A stretch of 64,000 bases of DNA. It comes from Nageia nagi (Eukaryota > Plantae > Pinophyta). The notes beneath the pieces were generated by a model that was given only the letters and a program-made list of their open reading frames with translations, was not told the origin of the DNA and did not search any database. The translations under genes and the position numbers were made by a program. Positions 54,351-64,000 of the stretch are shown here, piece after piece (positions within the stretch are counted from its first letter, which is position 1; each line of letters opens with the position of its first letter). Location of the stretch: assembly GCA_050084985.1 (NCBI GenBank), contig JBITNC010000001.1, positions 191,208,001 through 191,272,000 of the forward strand, in the 5' to 3' direction.

Positions 54351-56750
54351 ATGCCACCAAGGAGGAGACAAGCTACCAAGATGAGGCCTATATATGCTGA
54401 GGTAGGGTTTTAATCCCTGTTTTTTAATTTTTTATCTAAATATGCATTTTTTAGCTTAAATATAAAAAATAAAATTCATAGAGATATTTTATTCTTTATT
54501 TAATTAGTTTTTAACTATTTATTTTAGTAAAATAGGATTATTTTTAGCTTTTATTGAATTTTTAATTTTGAAAACCCATAGTTTTTTATTAGGACCAAAA
54601 GGTTTCAGAGTCACTGGCATTTTCCTAGTGGATACCAATGATTCTACAACTCTATGTTAGGGTCATTAGTGTTTGATCTTAGATTAATTTTTTTAAACAT
54701 ATTATACTAAACTTTCAAGTTAGAGATGTATTCGATCCTAGAGGGTGATATCCCATTATTTTAGCTTAGCGATATACATTTCTCAAGGATGATGATCATG
54801 CTTTTCTTTAGGTCATAGGGTTTGGTGTGGGATCCTTCATGGATCATATTCATTGGTATTATCCCTTTGTAGTGGCCTTACTTGATAAGTGGGACTCCAT
54901 GACCTCTATATTCCGTATCCTGATAGGAGAGATGACAATTATGGTAGAGGATATCTATTACCTCTATCGTTACCTATTTATGGTGAGTGCACACAAATAT
55001 CATTGATTGAGATGATGTTTGAGAGTCCATATCTTATCTTTATGGGGTTGATAGGGTAGTTGGGATCATGTTTGAGATCAACTTAGGTGGTATTAGGTAC
55101 TACTAGTTATGGATATAGGACCAAGATGGGTGTATCAGGTTTTCATATTTAATAAGTTTGATTCAGTGTTATCCATTGCCTAATATAGGGAGTGATCAAT
55201 TTCCATGGTCTTTAGTCTAAATTATATTTGATATGTTGCAACATGGTACTATTTTTTCTTGGTAACCCACATTATTAGCCTAATGCTATAGGTAGTTATT
55301 TTTATATAATTAGGGATAGAGGGTCTTATTGATAGTCACCATCACACTCTAGGCATGGGTGTATGAGCACATAGCCATTGCACAACCTAATGGGCTTGTA
55401 AACCTTAGATTTGTTGACACAAATCCGTATATAACAGGCATCCAATGATGGTAAGATGATTACTTCATTTGACCTATATATGGCATTAGGAAAGATGTTA
55501 GTTATTATCATGGAGTGTTCATCCATCTTATGCTTGATCTTATTAGATTTTTCCCTTATTGATAGTACCCAATGTGGGAGGAGATGGATGAGGAGCTTGT
55601 TAGTATCTAATAGGCTCAAGTTCTTAGTGGTCATTTTATGGATTTTTTATAATATTTTCATTTTTACCATGTTATTTTATAGTTTGGGTTAGTTTAGGAA
55701 CTCCCTCCAGAGCTAGTAAGATTTGAAAGAGAGGGCACCATTCAAGTTGATGTATTAGAGCTTCTTGTTAATGTAGAGCCTAATCCTACTATGATGAGGA
55801 TCTAGGAGAGGAGATTAATGAGGATGATGTTGTAGTTATAGAGGTATATGTTTCTTGGTGGGCCTTAGAGATCCAAGAGGTAGATAAGGGTGATAAGGAT
55901 CAACAAGTATGATAGAAAGTGGATGATATATCTGAGGATCTAATGAGAGAGCAAGGATATGATGTGGAGATACCCTAGCTAGGAGATATTCTTGAGATGG
56001 AGATACATGCAAAGGAGGATACCCCTCAACGTGAGGCTCCTCAAGGGGAGGAGATGAGATAGGATCCCTAGGTATGGAGCATTGATTCTTTACTTGGTAA
56101 GATTGATGAGCTTAAGTTTTTACATGACTAATCTTAGTTGATGCTTGCTTAGTCTTGGTAGGATAGCTAGATGTTTAAGGAGTAGTGTCAATAGCTTTTC
56201 CACTCAAAGGAGGATTATCTCCATTATAGATTATAGTGAGATAGATATCACTATAAGAAATATGCATCTTCGGCCACTATTCAATATTTACATCAACAAA
56301 TGGATTCTTAGGGTATGTTTGGGGTATCAAAGAAGCAATGATTTTTGTTAGAGATACATGTAGATAGAGAGATTATTATCAAGGAGTCATTAATACATGG
56401 CTCTTAGATGTTCTTGCATATCATACAAGTTTAGACTATCCATTACCTCCTCCAAGTTATATTCTACTAGATATTCATACTCTACCTCAACCACATAGGG
56501 TGGTACTAATGATCAACAAGAAAGAGGTAAGATTGATATGACTCCTAGTAGGAATACTACAATTGTATCTTCTCATCGATGACCTACTTCTATAGATCTT
56601 CAAGCTATCAATCGAGAGAGCAGTTTGGGTAGCTCATCGGTACATAAAGTGCTTGATATTGGTGAGACTAGTGGTCATGGTGGTGAGACTAGTGCTCAAC
56701 AAGATGACCATGATGATATGTTTATGGAATTCTATTTGTTGAGGATGATA
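54351..56750 (+). pseudogene. Decayed spliced plant mobile domain (PMD, aminotransferase-like/MAIN-like) gene of retrotransposon type
   Basis: ATG at 54351, exon 1 MPPRRRQATKMRPIYAE, GT-AG intron 54402-54608; then VALLDKWDSMTSIFRILIGEMTIMVEDIY, FSW*PTLLA*CYR*L and L*AWVYEH, matching PMD motifs AL.ERW..T.TF.LP.GE.TITLEDV, YSWG.A.LA.LYR.L and LQ.W.YE. Acidic C-terminal tract. Confidence 0.8.
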
Positions 56751-56816
56751 CATTTATTTTTTGCTTTGATTATGATGTATTAATAAAATATGATGGATGG
56801 ATGGATTATATCATTG

Positions 56817-56817
<1 letters not shown>

Positions 56818-56871
<54 letters not shown>
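56818..56871. repeat. (TTA)n microsatellite
   Basis: About 18 perfect units. Confidence 0.97.
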
Positions 56872-56876
<5 letters not shown>

Positions 56877-58999
56877 TGATCTACTTTTATGTTATGATGT
56901 CATGATGATTATTTGATGGGTTTTGTTTGTACCTACTTTAGGTTATCTCATGTTGAATTGTTCAATTGATTAATTTAATATTTCATATGTGTGGATGATT
57001 AAAACTCTTTTGGCATTTTTCAATGATGTTTCTATGTGAATGATATGATATTTGATAATACTATTTGGTTCTACCCTAATAAATTAGAGTAATAGTATTT
57101 ATTTACTACTTTTTGTGAATGGATTATTTTTATATTTTGAAAATGGAAAAGTTGATTTTTTCTTTTATTCATGTGATGATGATATTGAATGATATGGTGT
57201 TGGAATGTTTTAGTTCTAGAACTAATAATTTTAAATTTTTTGCTTAAAGTAATGTAATTTTATCATTATATAATTATAATGATTTTAGTATAATTTGGAC
57301 AAGATTTTAATTAAAAGAGTACAAAATCAAATATCACCATTTTCCATTTTTAGCTATTTTATATACATGATTTTGATATAGGTAGAATGAAAACACATGT
57401 ATGGTATTATTTTGATAAATGTGGCATGGTATTATTGAATGAAATTATGAATATACACACAAATATGGATATGTGGATGGTATGACCTTCGTATGTCAAA
57501 ATATAATATCTTACCAACTTACCAAGATTATAATAAATATATTTTTTTATGGATGAAATGAGATTATAATATAATAAAGAGATGTAATGATAAAAATATT
57601 CAAATTAACTTTATCAAATAATATTTGTTTACATTTCATATACCAGAGATAATATAAAAGAAATTTGTAATATATACAAGATTACTATGAACTCATGTAT
57701 GTGCAATGTTGTTCATTTTTATCTCTAGATATTCTCAAACTTAATATTTCATGAGCATAAGATATATAAGCTAATTCATCCTTGTGAAACATACAATAAT
57801 CCATTAGAAAAAATAGACATGTTGCCACTCGTATGGTATGCCCCACTATTAGATAAGCATCCATAGCCCTATTGAGGATTAACCCCATGATCCTGCTACA
57901 ACCTTTCTCTACTACCAGTCAGGCATCCATAGCCCCCATAGAGGATATTATAATTACCCAAGAATCATGTAATATTTTTGTTTCTTTTTGCATCTCTTTT
58001 TTCATTTTATTTTTTCTCTCTATTTTTTTTAATGATTCTTGGGTTTGAGATAAAGTAAATAATAGGATGAATAATTATTCTTTTCATTCAAAATTATGCT
58101 CAAGTAACATCTTAAATTTTTATTATTTTAAGATCATTTAAATATGAAAAAGTGTATGAGTTCATAATACATTGAAGTGTATCAAAGCTATGTTTGTTTA
58201 TCATCTTAGGTTTAAGTAACTTCAAAAAAGATAATCTAACAAAGTTTGATAAAGAATATTAAGCTCATAAATCATTTATTTATTCGTATATATAGATATA
58301 TATACAAATGGTATGTGAATGGATGTGGAATTCATGTATATATCTTGGTAAGTTGCTAGATCACTATTTTTGATACTCAAATATCATATGGAAATGGAAC
58401 ACAAGTGAAATGTAGTGAACATAATGATATGGTATGGAAATCTAGGGTAGTGCACCCAATAGCCAAGATGCTTCAAAAATATAATTTTGGAGGATATATA
58501 TATATTTCATTTTTTTGGATTTTTGAATATTTGATTTTTATGATTTTTTAATTTTCATGGGTCTAATCTTCATCTAATTCTTTATGATTAAATCCATGCC
58601 ATACCAAGGATTGTAATAATTGACTATGAGAGATAGGATGAAAATGACATCATGTATGAATAGAATGATCGATGGACCAATGAGTTAGGTATTGTGTAAT
58701 AGAAAAGGAAAACATGGAATCCCAATAAAAAATATTTTGGGATATTATATGAGTGATGGTGAATGTATAAAATGACTCATGGGGGTGTAATGATGGGGGT
58801 AAAAGAAATGTAATGAGTCCACATAGGAATGTATTAACATGTGCATTGATTGAAATCCTCCATATGAATTTTGGTCTAGAAAGTAAACAAATGAGATATT
58901 GGAAAAAATATTCATCAGGTATACCATAAATGAAACAAGTTCCCCAACATGGTTCATGATTGATTATGATGCTCACATAGAAATATTCATTCAAGTCAT

Positions 59000-61372
59000 A
59001 AAATGATCGATTAGACCTATCAAGAGCATTTCAAAATATTTCCATGGAAAGGATTTTATGTTGAATGCAATATATAAACTCATGAAAATAATTTATGTCT
59101 ATATTATTTGATGGGATGTAATAGAAATGGGATTAGGAATACCTTTCGTACTTTGTGTTGTAGCATTACATACATTCTCCTTTTCTGGCTTTGAATCCTC
59201 ACTTGACTCATCATTAAACTTTGGTTCTCCATTTTCATCATAAATAATCATGTTTACCATGTTGATGGTTGGAAGTTCTTGATCATTCACTTTGATTGTA
59301 TCATTTTCATATGATACCATCCCACTATCCACAAGTTGCTTAAGCATCTTCCTCATTATAAAATAACTTGATGTATGATTCCCTTTAAGTTAATGGATGG
59401 TATCTATAATTTATGCATTCTCCTTATATTAAATTAGCTTTTCTTCATTATGTCCATATTATTTTCCTTGAATCTTCTAGCATTCTACTTGAATGAGTAG
59501 AGAGCAAAAACTTATCTTTTGCACTTTCATATTTATTTTCTTGAGTGGTAAGTTCAGCTACATTTATGTTAGAATGAGATATAAATTTCTACCATTATAC
59601 CTTGTGGAAGAGGATGTATCCCTAGTTGACAAGCTCTTAACATAAATTTCTTTTCCAATAATAATATGAACCATATCCTTCAAAGGATATCTAACATTAT
59701 CAATACCACAAGATCTAAGGAGAGGATTAATTTTAACAAGAAATACCTTTGCAACAAACTTTTCATCCATATTTTGTTCCATTGATCTCCAAATATTCAC
59801 ATATCTAGGAGCAAACTTATCTAGTTTTTTTTATTGACCTTGTTTTCAATGGATTAAATCTTTCAAATCTACTAGTTTTTTGATATTGCATCTAAAATAA
59901 CTCTTGAATTGATCCTTCAATTGTTGATATGAAGTTATAGATCCCAATTCCAAATTATGAAACCATTTTTGTACTTCACTACTTAAACTCGTAGGAAAGT
60001 TCGTTGCTTTCAAATTATCATTAATTTCACATTTAAGTTCTATTGTATATTCAAAACCTTGAAGGTGAATTATAGGATCAATCTCACCATTAAATTTTTC
60101 TAATTCGAATTCCTTATTAGTCCCAATGGGAATAACATTGTGAATTTCCATGCTCAAAGGCTTACCCTTGTCTTTAGTTTTATTGACACTTATTAAAAAT
60201 TGATTTTGGAGAAAATGTACCTTCATTTCTAATAACTTGAACTATTTTGTTATGAAGGTCCCAACAACTGAAGTAGCATTCCTAGTATTGGTAGTCATGA
60301 TAATGTTAGTGCTATTATTATCTTGAATTGATGGTGCAGAGGCCTTTGCAAGTAAAGCTTGAAATTCAGTCATCTTAGCTAAAACTTTTGAAGTGAAAGT
60401 CATCATATTTTTCATCCTCATGATATCTTATGATCAAATGCTAACAAGAACGCTAGGGTTCCTATTGTAAAAATATAAATTGGGTAGATTTGAGAGCACT
60501 TTTTCAATCCTTATTAAGAGAAGGATATGCTAGAAAAAAGGTGGGCACCAATATGTTGAATATTTTTACTTACCCCTAGGATTAACCTAAGTAGTAACTA
60601 TATTGAAATATTAACATGTGATAATCTATTATCTTTTTTATTAACTAAGATAAACATGAATTGACAATAATGAATAATAGAGAACAATAATCTAAAATAT
60701 AAATTATTATAATAGTGAACAACAAATCTAGACTATTGTATCAAGATAACAAACACACTAATGAGATTGAGATCAAGTGATTAATAAATACCTATAAACC
60801 TTACCTAGATGAAGAAGATTATATGTGGATAGGATTTTGTTGAAGATATAGACCTTGATATGCGAATTCCCATAAAGCATAATAGACTAGATTAATAATG
60901 CAGATACCTATATGAATGTTAATGATGGATCCTGAATAATAGCATCAACACGCACAATAGTGCAGATGCTAGGAATCCAAAGGAATGGAGTTTGCAACCA
61001 AGATTCAAAGCATAATATATGATCGAAAAGTTGATCCAAATATTTAATTATGAATATGGAATATCATATATGATCATGATAACAAGATCCCAATATTAAT
61101 AGGTGGTATTGATAAACACTGAAACTTTGAAGTGGTACTAGCAATCGAGATTGAAATTGATAACTTTCCCTGCAATCATACTTACCTTTATATATGCAAT
61201 ATAACCTTCAGGTTCCCTTAAGGAATGCTAACACCGATGTTGGGGTACTTTGCACATAAAAAATAATATTGCATGATAAAGGACCAAGAAAATACCAATA
61301 ACATGATATAACATTATCATAATAGAACACTTAATGGGACCACCTTAGGTGGACTAAAATTAAGTGTCAACA
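59000..61372 (-). mobile_element. Ogre-like Ty3/gypsy 5' LTR (60554-61372), PBS and gag; same family as the element at 23741
   Basis: LTR termini tgttgaca...ttcaaca on the minus strand; PBS tggtgcccacc at 60540-60550 (tRNA-Lys-like); gag ORF 59846-60226 (ELEKFNGEIDPIIHL...FPTSLSSEVQKWFHNL) collinear with 24950-25280. Confidence 0.88.
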
Positions 61373-62199
61373 AGCTTGTACCCATTTCTTTTTTATAACT
61401 TTGGTGTTTGGGGTGTAACATAAGTGCTACATCAATACTTACCTATCATGTACTTCTCTTGAGCTCTCATCTATCTCAATCCCATATAAAACTCTTCACC
61501 TTTACCTTAAGGTTCTTCCTCATAAATCAAACCTTCTTGGTTCTCATTATTTGATCTACCTCTTTTTCAAATTAATTAATTTAGTACTTCAGACACTCTA
61601 CTCTCTAGTGATTTAATGTATTTTTTTATTTATCAATTCTAGCATACCAATTCCCCATATAGCGATGAATTCTTTGATGATTAATGATATGTCAACTAGC
61701 CCTTATTCTATCTACACAACATATACCTCTAGCTCTTTATCAATCCTATGGTAATTGGCAATCTAGTGACTATATGATGTTAGTTAACAATCATGAGTTT
61801 TTTATCTACTCAACCCTCTTGACTAAGTATTCTACCAATTGTCTATGAAATTATACTTTTCCATGATTCTTAAGATTCTAACACTATACACATACCTAAT
61901 ATATACCTACATAAAAAATACTTAAATTTTTTTGGTTATCTAGTAATTCTTTAGTACTATATTAATGACCAACTTTTGATCCCTTCTTGCATGAAAATTG
62001 GGACTATTTTGGATGCTTTCCATTATACTTGAAGAAAATATAGAACTTTCTTATGAGGGAGAGTTTCTTGATATCGTATGTAGTAAGATATTTTTATATT
62101 AGACTAAAGGAATATTCAGTAACTAGTTACAATATTCTTTATCATGTCATGGGTTCAAGTCTTTCTCTTGCTACTACAATAACCTCTAGTTGTACCAAG

Positions 62200-62325
62200 G
62201 TAAAAATTTTAAGGTAGTTATTAATGTTGGCACAACACACCCTCCATTTATATGAGAGTTTATAGATTTGAACCTAGTTTACTTCCTCTTCATGGGCATG
62301 GATTGACCAATAGGCCAAGCCCTCA
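62200..62325 (-). mobile_element. Possible tRNA-derived SINE remnant
   Basis: Minus strand has Box A-like tggcctattggtc (62305-62317) and Box B-like ggttcaaatc (62265-62274) about 30 nt apart. Confidence 0.5.
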
Positions 62326-62329
62326 AGCC

Positions 62330-63900
62330 TCTCGTAGTATGAAATTTTATTCCATCTTTGAAATGGCATATTTCTAATGATCAATATGATATATTTGAAA
62401 GGAAAAAAATATGTTCAAAAATTGAAAACTTCCGTCAACTAAATCTAGTACCATTGAAATTGATATAACTAGTCTAGAATAGACTAAGAAGACTCCCAAT
62501 AATATAGTGTTTTACATCATTAAATACTAGAGCTCAAAGAAATATATAAGATCTCCAAGCATTGAATTACCTACTTTATGGCAATAAGAGGAAGGAAAGA
62601 GTCATACATAAAATCTCATTGATAAGTTACACTTGGATTCAAGGTAGGGAGATACCTTAGATGAGCCCTTGGGAGGCTTTTTTGCTGAGAAGATATCCAG
62701 ATCCTTCTAGTGTAAAAGCATACAAAGAAGAGGCAAGAGAAAATCCTTGATAGATGAATTGAAAGAGGCCAATAATATCTAGTTGGGTTTTATTAATGGT
62801 GAGAATAATGGATACATCAATAACTAATATTTGAATCATCTCAAATAATCATTTCCCAAAACCTAGATCATTGATCATAGTAAGAATAAATTATAACTCA
62901 ATTTCATCATAAGATTTTTTGTAGTTAATTTTAAAAAATATGATAGATTGACTAGATTAGAAATCCCATTCTATATCTTCTTATATGGTTAATATATTAT
63001 CTAAGATGTATGTGTTATGGATAAGCCCTTTTTATATTTATTTTGATCAATAATAATAAAAACATTGAGAATGAAGTTAGAGACGTAATGCATTTGCAAT
63101 GATCTTATAAGACACAATAAGCAAAGTTATGAGTTACCAATTGGTAATGAGCTTAAGATCATCTGCCTTGAAAATGAACTTGATGTTTCCTTTTTTAATG
63201 AGAGAGCTAAGGAAGCCAATCTCCATGGCTTCTTGGTACAAACACAAATGATGTGGTCCTCTAGTAGCTTATAGGGTTTCATAGAATTTGTATGGGAAGC
63301 TATGAATTCCTTGGGATCTATCATTAGCCATCTAAGATAGAGGCTTAAAAAGACCTTGTAGAGAAGCTTATCATAAATTGAACATTGATTATTAGAGAGA
63401 TTGCAAGGGATTATTATTAAATATTCTTGACTAGTGTGATTCCATTGGGGAGAATGGTATTAAGAAGAGAAAACTTATTCGTAGTGAGTAGCAAAGATCT
63501 AGTTTTAAGGGGTACCTATAATATGGTCAATGCCTCGATATAGGGATTTGATGAGCATTGCTTATTAAATGGATGGATTCATTAGAAGAAAATTTTAACA
63601 CATGATCTATAATTCTAAATTAATGCATTCTAACTTTTAGATGAGCTTTAATGGTCTTGTATAATTTAAACAATCTAACTTGATGATCAATCTAAGAAAT
63701 TTACTAATAGATGGAACCATTGAACAAATTGGCCTTGAGTTTTAGACATGTTGATGCTAGCTCTTTTTGAAAAGCTACATTAACATGGTATTAAAACCTA
63801 GCCCTATGGTCGTAGTTGAACTATAGGGAAGGTGGGCTCTTCCTTGTAGGTTTCATGTTTGAGTCGGCTTTGCCTCCAGTTCACCCAACTCCTCAAGGCT
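62330..63900 (-). mobile_element. Decayed LINE (L1) ORF2 reverse transcriptase
   Basis: Minus strand KGNIKFIFKADDLKLITNW*LITLLIVSYKIIANAL (~63080-63200) and QGFSLASSLY..TLEGSGYLL (62657-62839) match the L1 RT motifs NWRPI.LL...YKI.AK.L and RQG.PL.P.LF. Confidence 0.8.
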
Positions 63901-64000
63901 AACAATTCCCATGAGTCTTCGTATGATCCCCCACATAAGGCAACAAAAAAGAGTGGTTTAATAGTGTGAAGTTATAAGTGGCCTCAATTCAATTTGAATG

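Noticed and set aside
62260-62325. tRNA gene
   Set aside because: Only Box A/B-like motifs; no acceptor or anticodon stems could be paired.
219-63324. Short ORFs in the supplied track as real genes
   Set aside because: All are 126 aa or shorter. Those with recognisable motifs are fragments of decayed TE, PPR or PMD frames; the rest look like AT-rich noise or antisense shadows.

Overview
AT-rich, strongly CpG-depleted plant nuclear heterochromatin made of nested, decayed transposable elements. The element and PPR styles suggest a gymnosperm (inference only). I see no intact protein-coding gene, rRNA, tRNA or CRISPR array; nearly all ORFs in the track are fragments of decayed TE genes or spurious. 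Best-supported structures: (1) a complete 8-kb LTR element with paired LTRs, Met-PBS, PPT and 5-bp TSD but no recognisable gag/pol (9447-17421); (2) a decayed Ogre/Retand-type Ty3/gypsy element with G-patch and a second RNase H (23741-~31090); (3) a ~1.9-kb telomere-motif-derived satellite running into an intron-rich CACTA transposase remnant ending in a CACTA TIR at 39050; (4) a chromovirus-type gypsy remnant interrupted by a 2.2-kb short-LTR element with TSD; (5) an intact-ended 1.1-kb non-autonomous CACTA inserted just upstream of a spliced plant-mobile-domain (PMD) pseudogene, which lies antisense to a pol-less copy of the Ogre-like family; (6) Ty1/copia, L1, SINE and PPR remnants. Two islands that retain CpG (about 3220-4230 and 42560-43810) are not explained by TE structure. 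No clear novel functional system is demonstrable from the sequence alone. The best leads are TE accessory genes (spliced antisense PMD, an unknown ORF in the pol-less LTR element, a second CACTA gene) and the CpG islands. All alignments and translations were done by eye, so edges without a TSD or TIR are approximate.
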